Source: Podarcis liolepis (taxonomy: Eukaryota). Taken from it: 64,000 nt of DNA. The DNA lies in assembly GCA_965112155.1 (NCBI GenBank), contig OZ218100.1; one strand, written 5' to 3'. Below the pieces are notes generated by a model, which was not told the origin of the DNA, made no database searches, and saw nothing but the letters and a program-made list of their open reading frames with translations. Positions within the stretch are counted from its first letter, which is position 1; every line of letters starts with the position of its first letter. Below are positions 38,101 to 50,200 of the stretch, piece after piece. Made by a program: the position numbers and the translations under genes.

Positions 38101-41100
38101 CACTTTAGCTAATGGGGCCTCCCGCCGCCACGCGATTTCTGTTCTCATCCTGAGGTAAAGTTCTCAACCCGAGGTACTACTTGCGGGTTAGCGGAGTCTG
38201 TAACCCGAGGTACACTGTATCTCCCTTGCCAAATGCACACTGAAGCACAGTCCACCCAACTTTAAGAATGCAAGTTCTTCTTAAATCTCTCGTTTTATTT
38301 ATTTGATTTCTACCCTGCCCGTCCTCAAACAGAAGCCCATTTTAAGAACTTGGAAGCCTTACCATTTTCTTTAGCATCCTTATTAATGGCAGATTTGTGT
38401 ACATGCTGCATCAGCTTGAGAAGATCATGCCAGCGCTTCTGTCTGTAACATGTCTGGATGTGCCCCAAGAAAGTCTGGTTTTGTTTCCTGGAGAACGTCT
38501 GTGCAAAAAGCTCCTCAAAAGACTCTCGCAATGGCAACCAAATCAGTTTGTTATCCACTGGCTTATAGCTGTAAATTGGGCAAACAGTAACATGTTAATT
38601 GAAAACTCTGGCAGCGACATGTGGCAAGATCAGGCTCAGTACGATAGGACAAGGTGAAAGTCAAACCAGCCTCAGCGGATCTGATAACAGATAAAAGGTG
38701 AATCTGGTGGCCCCCGCACACCCTTACTAAACAGATGACTTGAACATCTTTAAAATTAGAGACCAGCTGAAACATATAAGAGAACTTACCCTTTTTTTCA
38801 GGTACACAAAATGTCAAAAATTTCATCGCACAGCTACATGGCACCACTCATTCCAACATCTCTCCCTGCCCCAAGACTGAACATTCCTTTTTCCTTGTTC
38901 TACTTCCTCGTACTTTTAAAGATCTGTTTGCCATCCCACTAAGAGCAGCGGTATATCTGCTTCTGCCTAATATAAAGTGCCTATCTAGAGAAACACACAT
39001 GGCAGCAACTCACAACGCATAACACTAAAATAGTAGGGAGGGGGGGTCAGTTAAGGAGTCAGATCAGAGTGAGTAGGGGTTCCCCTGCACCGAGTCAAAG
39101 CACAGTGTCATTACCCCATCTGTGGAATCCCACACCCCATTTCATGTTGCTCTATGTACTTTTCTCTGTGCCATATGGTTCTCTATTTTCGAATGCAGTA
39201 ACTCTTATGAATGGGGTCCATGCACACTTCTACTAAATACAAGATCTGCAGTCACGGGTGAAAAAAATGATTTGTTGATGCAGCTCCCAACAGCAATTTG
39301 CAGAATTATTAGACACTCACCCCCCTAGGAGATCTGCAGTATCACTCTGCTGATTCATGTTGATAACCCTCAATCGGTGCCCTTGAAGAAATAAAACACA
39401 GAAAACATACTGAAGCACTTCTCAAACCTTTTCTAGAATCCTGGTCAAAGTCCCCGTATTATACTACATTTTACCTGTAATGTGGGCCAGGTATTGAACA
39501 GTAGATGTTTTGCCTGTCCCCGTTTCACCCACCAATAACACAGGCTCTCCTTTGTCGACACACACAGCCAGCTGTTCAATTAATATGGATGATGGACGTG
39601 TGGGAGCAAAGGTCTGCTTTTTTCTGCCAATACATGAAAGGGTAAAATCTCCTGTTAGCAATACTCTAATGCTACGTGCTAAACATCTCCAAATGCATTT
39701 GATTCACTAATTCTACAAATATAATCTCTCGCTATTACCAGGTTTCAAAAGAACACCTAAATGAGACATCATTAAAAATGCTGGCACGGAATTTTAAAGT
39801 TAGAAGCACATTTTAAAAGTGCACTATTGTACACCAACCTGTAAGCCATCTGGTTGAAGGGTGGCTTAGTAATTTTAAAATATAAACAAACAAACAAACA
39901 AACACATCAATACCTTTGCACAAGAAGCGCATGAATTTGCTTCCGTAAGAGCTGGACTCTTCCCACAGAGACCTCTTGCTCCCTTATTGCAATTTCTGGT
40001 TTGTAAAGTTGACAGTAGTATTCAGTCTAGAGTAAATAAATAAAGAGCATACATACTGAACTCAGCTTACTAAAAAGAAACACATGATGTAGTCCTTTGC
40101 CATATGCAGTTGTGCAATACAGTGGTACCTCGGGTTAAGTACTTAATTCGTTCCGGAGGTCTGTTCTTAACCTGAAACAGTTCTTATCCTGAAGCACCAC
40201 TTTAGCTAATGGGGCCTCCTGCTGCTGCCACGCCGCCTGAGTACGATTTCTGTTCTCATCCTGAAGCAAAGTTCTTAACCCGAGGTACTATTTCTGGGTT
40301 AGCGGAGTCTGTAACCTGAAGCGTATGTAACCCGAGGTACCACTGTACAACTGAAAGTTAAGACACAAGTCCAGTTTGCACATCACAGTAAGGCATAGTA
40401 AATAGTTTATTGTGAATGTGCCTTTCTGGGTTGTATGTTTTCCCCCCTCTCCTCATGATAGCAGGGAGCAGGCAGACCACAGTCCCTGCTTAGCATTATG
40501 TCTAAACCAGAGGCCATGGTTTGCTTTGCTTCAAACCATGATCAGCAAATCAAGAACAACCTTAGCTACAGTAATTTGCCGGGAACAAAACAAACTATGA
40601 CCCCTCATTTGAACATAACACTTGCTTCCTCCAAGTGTGAGTGGACAGGATTCAAATGACCAAGATCACCATGGTTACAGTGAACTATTAACTATGGTGA
40701 TGTGAGAACAAGGCCTTTGGGCTGTATTCAGTGGTTACATGAACAGAAGTCAGCTCATGCAACCAAACTTTCTCTTTCACTCCTCCTCCCTGCAGCCACC
40801 TTTTCCCTCTAAAGGGTTGGGCGCCTCCTAGTGAAGCCTATGGTTGCAGGAGGGGAGCTGCTGCCTCAAATCAGGCAATGGAATCTTGCACCAGTGGCGA
40901 TGTGCATGTGCATGATCCCTACACCCAATTTCAGCCATGTTACATGTGGCTTTCTTCTTTCAGAAGAAAAACAAGAGTGGACACTATCCAGTTATATCAT
41001 TTAATTATTTCTTGGCAGTGAAGGGGAAATGAAACTATTTCCCCCCCTCCTTGACGAAAGGGGTATTTATTACACAATGCAGTACGTGTGTGAACTCTTC

Positions 41101-41228
41101 CAGTCTACCTTATGCTTGGAAATGTTCAGTTGGCTTCCAATTATTTCTGCCATCTTCAGTCTACTTTCTTGCTTGGACAGCATAGCTGTGAAACAATCCA
41201 ATGCCTGTCAAAGTAGAGTGGCAGGAAG

Positions 41229-41276
<48 letters not shown>

Positions 41277-44200
41277 GTTCAAGTTAATTTGATATTTAAT
41301 CAGAGATTCTACTTTTCTTCCATACCTGAGTTCACTGTAGTCAAAATATACAACTGCGCTTCATGCAATGTATCACTAGTATGCCTCCACGAGGAAAACG
41401 AGAATGAGCCAATTCAGACATTTCAGCTCTCTTCATAATGGAATTCCTGGTGTAACAGCTGTGGGACCTGGCATGTCCCCAACAACAGCTGCCTCTTCCT
41501 AGTGTGATTTATGCAACCATTCCTGTGAATCACCCATTGTGAAGCAGCAGGTCTAGTTAGATTGACCCTCAAGGAAAATTTCCAACACCAGAACCAGCCC
41601 CCTGTTCATATTCCAAATGCAACCTGGTTTTTACATTTTAAGGAATAGGTCAACATCACTCTAAAAAACAGGGAACAGTTTGACACGTACCTCATGAAAA
41701 ATATTCAATGCAGTAGAGGAAGAAGAACTATCAAAGTTGTAAGCGATCCTGTTGCACCAATTCAGCAAGTCCCTAACACAAGAAAAGAAGTGATGTGAAG
41801 CAGCTCAACAGTAGTCCTTCATTTAACACTGCTAAAAGCGCTAGTCTCGCTTCATTAATTGCATGGCTATTTTTTTTAAGCGCCAACTCACCACATTTTC
41901 ATTCAATTAAGGCTTTCTCACTAGGAATTTCAATTAAGACCAGAGCAAATGGCCTCCAACACACTAGAGAGCAGTAGTCCAAAGATAATTTGCCTCCCCC
42001 AAACTCAAATATCCATCAGCTTAATTGCATATTAAAATACCTCAGAGATAACTCTCTGCCTTCTAAGCTCAGGCTTTTTTTGTTTTCGGTTAAGTGTGAT
42101 GCGTCTTCCATTATGTTCTCATCGTCTGCAATACGGCTTTGCAATAGATGTTTATCACCAGTAAGCTCAACATAAATTTCTAACAAGCGATCAATTACTA
42201 CAGCAAGTTTAGGATACCTCCTCTGAAGAATCTGAAAAGCAAAGTAACATTAGCTAAAGTAAATATTTCACAGTGTTCCAAGGATTATATAACTCATTGA
42301 GTTTTGTCTATGCAGACAATGGTCTTAAAATCCAGATATTTGATACATTTACAGTCTGCACAATTGCCTAGACTGGTCCCATGGGGTAGTGCCTACCATC
42401 AAATTTTACTTTGAAATTCTCTTAAAGGAAAATTTCTTTGCATGACAATTACACTGTAAAATACAGTAATGCTCTTAATTTATCTTAGGCTTCATTTGCT
42501 AGATAGAAATGTCAGTCGGTAAGATGAACCTGGTGGATTGGGCAAATGGCCCATCTAGTCCAGGTTTTTTGTTCTCACTGTGGTCAACAAGATGCATATG
42601 GGAAACCTGCAGGCTATACTACGCTGAGGAAATGGCAATAACAATTTAAGATGATTTCATATGAAGTCATGGCTGGACAGTTGGGTTAAGTCAATCCAGC
42701 AACGTCAATCTCTTGCAGAAGCACAAAGCGAGCAAGCAAGCATTCCATTATGGAATGGATACAAACTTCTTTCATGTCAAGGATTGTGTTTGGACATCAT
42801 GCTAAACTATGGTTTGGTGAGATGTAAATAAGACTAACTCCCTCCCAGTTTTTTGGCTCGGACAACACAAGAAACCATGGTTAACCAAACACAGGTGCTT
42901 CTAAACTTTTCCTCACAGCCATGTGGGGAAAAGGGAATGGACACAGTTTCAACCTCTTCTACAAAAATCAGGACTACTTTCATTTGTTTTTAAATGAAAA
43001 CTCTTTGACATCAGTTCACAAAGTAAGAGTTCTCTTTCTGATACCATTTACCTCTCTGAGTTCAACTTTAGGCATATTATTCAGCTTAATTTTTGTCCAG
43101 TATTTATCTAGAAGAGCAGCATGGCTGTTTTGCTGTTTGTACCAACCACCACCATAACTGAAGAGTCTAGATTAAAAATCAAAGAACAAGTTAATTGAAG
43201 CATTAGAAGTATTATAGTGCAGAACAGAATAAGTTCAAGGGTTCTGTAAGGCTCCTTCACTGCAGCTCTACAACCAGCTAAGGGAATCAAAGTCCCAACA
43301 TCATCAATACAAGAAACATGAATTCACCATCTACAATTGTCCAATTGTCATTCTTCCACTTTACAGTCTTTAAATAATGAAATGCTAAGTAATTGCTTAT
43401 AGGGCAGCTGTATCCCGCAGGCTAAGCAAAACAACAAAAAGCATGTTCTATGTGCAAAGCACTTCATACATGTATAATGTCAATAAGCGTAAAGACAGGA
43501 CGTTACTATCTGCATATTACAGATTAAGGCCAAGTGATGATGTTTCCCTATGGCTGCTTGGTAACTCCTCTTATCAAGCTTAGTTTTCACTTATATTCCA
43601 GGGGAAAGAGTTGTATTAGGTTTCAAAATAATCTCACGCTCCTAGCTATCATTTTCCAGGAGATGATTTTCTATTTCTTAATATGGAAAATTGCAAAAGA
43701 AAAAGCAAAGGAGTGCTCATATACTTATAATTCAAAAATCATGTCACCTTTATATACGCACACAATTTAAATTCTGGATCCCCCCCCCCATTCCTATATT
43801 TATGACTATTGTCTAGTCACTGCCAAAAGAATTCATGTGCTAAGAGTTTTCCTTGTGTTAACAAAACTACACAGTCTACCTTCTCGTTGCAAAAAGATGG
43901 AACCCAGGAGCTACTTTTATACAGTCACTTCGCCCAGGAATCAACAGTTCTCCATTTTCCAGAAGAGGAATCAATACAGAGATCTAAGCAATAAGGAAAA
44001 AAACCCACAGAATACAATTTCAATGACCAGGATGTAGAGAACCACAGGAAGAATCCCACTCATATAACAGGACTTTCTCACCTTAACTCATTGAACCCTT
44101 CCCAAAATTGCTTTTGGGCAGGACATACATAGAATGTGGTGCTATAGCAGTAGAAAAAAAATAAAAAATCTAAGGAAGCTTCATTGTAATGCCATGTTCT

Positions 44201-47200
44201 CACGCATGAGGCTCCCCACCTTATATCAATGACAACAACCAAAAAGACTTAACAGCAGTCAGACAGTGCATGAAACAATGTGTTTCACCTCTGCTGGTGA
44301 CCAAATATGTTACAAGAAATGTTAGAAATCTCATTCCCAATAAGCAGCCTTTTACATATACATTCCAGTTCTATATTGTGGGAGGTGGGTGTATAAGAGA
44401 ACCAGTGAATAGCAGATACAGACAGGATCCATTCAGTAGTTTGTAACAAGTGTCCCCAAAAATCACTGCCCACGAAGAAGAAAATACACTGGGAATTGAG
44501 AACCATGATAACTTTTTGGGGAGAACTTTTGCTTTCTTTTATCCAGTGCCCTTAAGTTTCCTTTGCTTTGGTTACAAAACATGACTTCCAAAAAAGATAC
44601 CTGTGCCTCTCACCCCAGGTATTTATGGACTACCTCTAGAAAGCACAGCTACATACCACATCCAGAGGAGCATAATCAATATCCTCCAAGAGTATCCAGT
44701 GCCCTTTGCTGACTGCTTGGGTCAGGGTCCCAGGTTGCCACACAAACTCCCCTGGTACATCTGTACAACGATACATGCCCAGTAAGGTCTACAAAGAAGA
44801 AAAAGCAAGCAAGATTTTTAAATAATGTCCATATAACTTTACAAAGTGTCTTCAAATATTTACTGAACGATAAGGTTTCTGAGGTATGTATTTATTTCTA
44901 TTTGCTTTCTTCCATACTGGGTACGCTACCAAATATAAATATTGCCAGATATAGCTTCAGCAGCTATGATAAGCTCAGTGGGAACAAGCACTGCCAAATC
45001 ATTCTTGCTGTGCTCTCTTAGTATGAGAGGGAGCAAAAATCATGATTTTGGATTACTGTGGTGTTTGAGCCAGTGAGATAACCCTCACCAAACAACCCAT
45101 GACCTAAAGCAAAGCCTGAATAGTGGCTGCTTCAGGCATCCCAGTAATCTATAGTCTTGCTCATGTTTTACTAGGGAAGGAATGCAGCAAGAGGGATTTC
45201 TGAAGTGTGCACATTGCTAATTCCATAGTAAGACATGGTTTTTGGCTTATCATTACATCTGAACGCAGCCAGTTTCTGCAAGGCAATTAACTTTGTAATA
45301 AAAAACTGCAAGTGAAAACTAAAATGCCTTTTCCATTACCTTACTATCAGTCTGATCTCCTAGCTGGACTTTTAGAATGTGAGGTGGCTTTATCCTTCCC
45401 GTAACGGCTGCCAAGTATTCAACAAGATACGTTTTGCCACAACCTACTGGTCCTTCGAGTAACACTGCATTTTGTGAAGCTACAGCCATAGCGAGATTTT
45501 GAAGATTTGTGCAGGAAGATTTCACCAACACAAATTGGTTCAGGATGGTCTCCTGCTGAGACAAGAGAAGGCAATGCTTTCAACTGGTAATACTGGGTGA
45601 AAGTACTATGGAGAAATGTGAAATACAAGTTACAAATTTGCTAAGCTACCATTTTTTACGCATCCCAGAGCCACACACACCCATGTCCCCATTCCACCCC
45701 CATTTTTAAAGGGGGATTTAAACCCTTGCACTTTCTTCCTCCCACCAAACTTAAGTGTTCCACTTACCCTGCTCCAAGGTGCCATTTACTGCAATAGTAC
45801 CTTCAGGAACAAATAGCAGCTTCAGGGGGATGAGATAAATATGGACCAATCACCCCTCTGAAGCTGCTGTTTTAACCAGAAGAGGGACAATGGCCATGTT
45901 TAATGACAAGTTAATGTATCATTTTATTATTGTTATTTCGAAGATACAGCTTACTTTAGCATATGCTCAAAATTGTGATTCATCTTAAATACATATACAG
46001 TACACCGGCCCAAACCAGGCAATTGCACCACACACACTAAGGAATCTTCAGTTAAAAAAAAAAGCAAAACCCAACAGGCTATTTTGTGAAACTTATAGTT
46101 GGTCATTTTTCCTATATTATTAGTAAGACTAATAGTGACACTTTAAAAATCTTTCTACTTTGTAGAGAGCCATTCTTGTATGATTTTTAGCTGTGCCTAT
46201 TAAGTCTCTAGAGCATAATTTTATTCAACTTATGTTCAGAATTTCACTTATGTTTGAAGTTGTGTTCTTCATATGTTTCTATGTATGAAATTGCCCTATG
46301 TTAAGACATCAGAATACATGGAGTGCCAGCTGCATACCTGGAGTGACAGAAAGTAAGGTATTTTGCTCCACGTATTAAACACTATTGTCAGATCACAGTG
46401 ATATCTCTGCCTTAGGATCTAGCAGAGATTCTCACCAGTCAGAAAGGTACAAGGTGATTTTCACCAACACTCAGAATCCTTCTGAAGCAGACTGTTTGGT
46501 AACAAAGAGAGCTGTATGGAAAGAACTGTCTTATCCCCTTTGGCATACTTCATACAGATAAATGAGACCATGATTTCTATGTTACTTAACATCCAAGCCT
46601 GTGGATATCAAAAAGGGAGGAGAAAACACACACACAGAGGAATGGATCAGGAATGGGACCGGAGATTTCAAAGGCTCTTGCTCTTAAACTGTAAAGTGTA
46701 TTCCATCTATAAAGGGAAGGATACTATTTTGCAGAAACTATTACACAAAATATGTTTGTTTGTTTTTGTCTTAAAACTGAAGGACAGGATTTTAATCAAT
46801 GCTTAAATGCATCAAAGTAGCACTACGTAGAAATTTTGAGGGAAACAAAGGCCCAGGATTCCTCTCTTTTCAGAGAGAAATCTCCTAGAGCTGGGGTAGG
46901 CAAAAGGTAGATCAGGATCAGCGCCAAAGAATTTAATTTACGTATCAGTCCTTTACTTACATTTTCTCCTGGTCCAAACTGTTGTCTAGGGAGCAGAACA
47001 CCACATACTGCTACAACCTTTGCAGAGAGGTCAGCAGATACGAGTTCTCCCTGAGTGTACCGCAATTCCTCTTCTTTGTTCCAAAAGGTTGCGTCTGGGT
47101 TGGCCAAGACAAGGGCACACTCAACATTCTGCATCCGTGATTCCTCCAGTAGCCTATCAGTCAAAAATGTGCATCTTTCAATGTTTTGAACAAATGGGAG

Positions 47201-50200
47201 ACAAATCTACCATGTAAAATATTAACTGAAAACACACACACAAAGACTTCTTGGGGGGAAACTTACTTAAGTCTGAAATGTATTAACTCTTCTGGATTAA
47301 ATATCTTCTTCAGGAAGGATAACCGATGCTCATCATTCATGCACGTAACCAGTGCGAGACAACTGGCAGTATACCTAAGAAGCGAAGACAGCTCAAGTAC
47401 TGTTACATCTTAAAGTCTATAGAACTAGGTTTCTTTCAGAGAAGGACAACAAAAGGCTATCCTGTCCCTTCAAATGGTCTCAGTTTGATCACTGGTCTTC
47501 AATAAATGATTTGGCCACTGATGCACAGGTCTATGTGCCAACTTAAAGTAGGCCACACCAATGGCACTACCACCATTTTCATTCTGCCTTATGGTTATTG
47601 CATTTGTAAGAGAAGAGTGATGGAACAGGACAAAAAACAAAGAAATTGGATGTAGGTCTCACAATTTAGTGTGGGGTTAATGTCAGCCCCTGGGCCTGAA
47701 AATTGAGGAGTAGTAGTAGGTTCGAAGAAAATACACCCAATATGACCAAATCAATCTTTCTTCATATTTGACTCTGGCAATTTTAGCCTCAACCTCTTGC
47801 AAGAAACTGCTCTTTTTGTCAATAAGAGGTCTAATGTAGTCCAGTAACCATACTGTAGGTTTCAAATCCAACTCAAATGTGGCCAAGTCATTCTCTGCCC
47901 TTATTGCTGTACCCTACTTTCCCCATGAGGTATTAGTAAGACAGAAATAAAATAGTCCCCACTACACACTGAAAGTGACATATAAAATTAAACGAAAATT
48001 AAACTTACCATCGAACTAAAGTATCATGACTCCTCAGTAAAGGGACACACACACTCCAGTCCCATAACTCTCTGAATACAGCCTGTTCTTTTTGGAGGAA
48101 TTTGTAGGCTGCCTCCATGAGATCCCTTAACTTCATTCGTCGTCGCCCATATCGAACCATATTTGTATCTGAGCTCTCCAGAAACAGTCTTTGGAACACT
48201 GGTGAAGTATCCTTAAAGTATCTCAAAGCAAATCTACATGAAATGAAGATATTGAAAGCAAATGTAAATGTACAGTAGCTAGAACAGCGAGGTTTTAACT
48301 CATCTGATAAAGCAGATGCTTACCTATTAAAGTCCTGACACAAATAAGACTGCTAAGCTTTTCTGAACTTGGAAAGAAATTGGAAAAAAAATAGGCCCTA
48401 AGAAAAGTTATGGTCTTCTTTTCAGCAAGTTGCGTTTTAATAAAAATGGGGAAATTGAAATCCATCACCACTTTTTTCAGTTCCTTAGTTTATCAGAGAT
48501 TAAGGTCAGCCTGCCAGCTCTGTGAGTGGGGTGGGGTAGGGACAACTGGTTGGAAGTAGTATTCTGGACTTGACATTCAAACAATAGCCTGAAGACACTT
48601 GATGTAGACCCAGCTCTGATCTCACTAGTAGCAAGATAGGAACAGCATGCATGTTACTCAAAACTCCCTGGATAAAAGTGTTACTTCTAATCTAATACGG
48701 GCATCTGTCAAAAGCAGCTTTCACTTAAAACTCTCTCACTGAAGCAAATACACACATCCACACCCCTTTATGTTAAAGAAGATGCAGGTCTAACTGCCAT
48801 TCAATCTTTGTTTTCCTCTAAACTGAAGCCTGGGTTTCATCACCCTTATTGTCCAATCCTATGCATTTTTAGTCAAAAGTATGGCTCACTTCCAAGTGAA
48901 TGTGCACCCATAAGCAGCTTTAGTTGCTATTCAGTAATTGCTGAATTGAGCATGTAATAGAATACAAGGCCTTGGTTTAAAACAATTAGCCAAGCAGATA
49001 CCCTTGACATGTGATACAAAAGGTATGCACAATTGCAAATTCCTGCAGCACACCTCAAAAAGGGATCTGGATCATGGAAATTGGGCTCACTACTCATGAC
49101 TGTATGAATGTAAATCCAACCTGAACTGGCTACCATGCTTGGCTGCCATGTGCACCAACCCTCAGCTTGTCCACCAATCAATTCCCCATGAAAGCAAAAC
49201 TTAATCCCAGACATCTACTGACTTACGGCATCACATCTGGATGATCACCAATAAGTTTGCTCATTGCCACACAGAGTCTCTCATGAAGATCATGGTTGAT
49301 CTGGCCACTGGATTTAATTATTTCTGCATTTCTTTCCATCAAATCGAGCAAGATTGGACGAAACTGACGGCCAATTAGGAGTGTGCATTCTTTATCCAAC
49401 AGTAACTGTGCTAAGGCACTGAGGATGCACTGACGGTCCTGCTGACTCCAGATCTGAAAACAAAGAGATGCTCAGTAAAGAGTGATCACCCCCCCCCCGC
49501 ATTCTACTGCAGTACAAGTCAAGTTGTGTATAGAAGAGACTTTAGAGCAACATTCTTCAACCTTGGATTCCCAGATATTGTTGGACTACAACTCCCATCA
49601 TTCCTGACCATTGCCTAAGCTGGCTGTGGATGATGGGTGTTGAAGTCCAACAGTATCTGGGAATCCAAGGTTGAAGAAAACTGCCTTAGAAGTACAACAA
49701 AAAGGATAAAGCTAGGAGGAAGAGCTGAAGAAGGCAAGAATGGGAGGGAAAGGTATTTTACACTTAGTGTAACATAAACATTTCTGCTGTTCCTCCTTTA
49801 GTCATTCTACTATGAGAGACTTGGAACTGCCATACAAGCCTTTCTAAAAGGAGTGACTGGCAGCCATGCTTGTTGGGTTGCTCCTTATAAGCTGTTAAAA
49901 ACTTAAAGTTACTTTTCTTGCAGACCTTTAAATTGATGGTCGCTGCCAGGCATGCCATCACGCAAAAAGAAACAAAAATGTGCACAAAGTTAATTTACAG
50001 CTCCTTTAAGGAAAGCAAACTGCCAATTCCACCCTTCCTTGTTCCTAAAATATAAAATAGTTTTAAAGTGTTTTTCTAACCCACCCTGAATTACCATGAC
50101 AAGACAGGCTACATTTCTAAATGAATTAAAAAAGAAAGAAAATACAATGTGACTTTACTATAGGGTGGTATCAGACTGTGTCATACACATGAACAATTGC

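Noticed and set aside
45768-45800. 33-nt candidate micro-exon (aag|GTACTA..GCAGG|gtaagt) in MDN1 intron 5
   Set aside because: Contains an in-frame TAA, does not resemble the extra human residues, and borders an old palindromic repeat; there is no support beyond the splice motifs.
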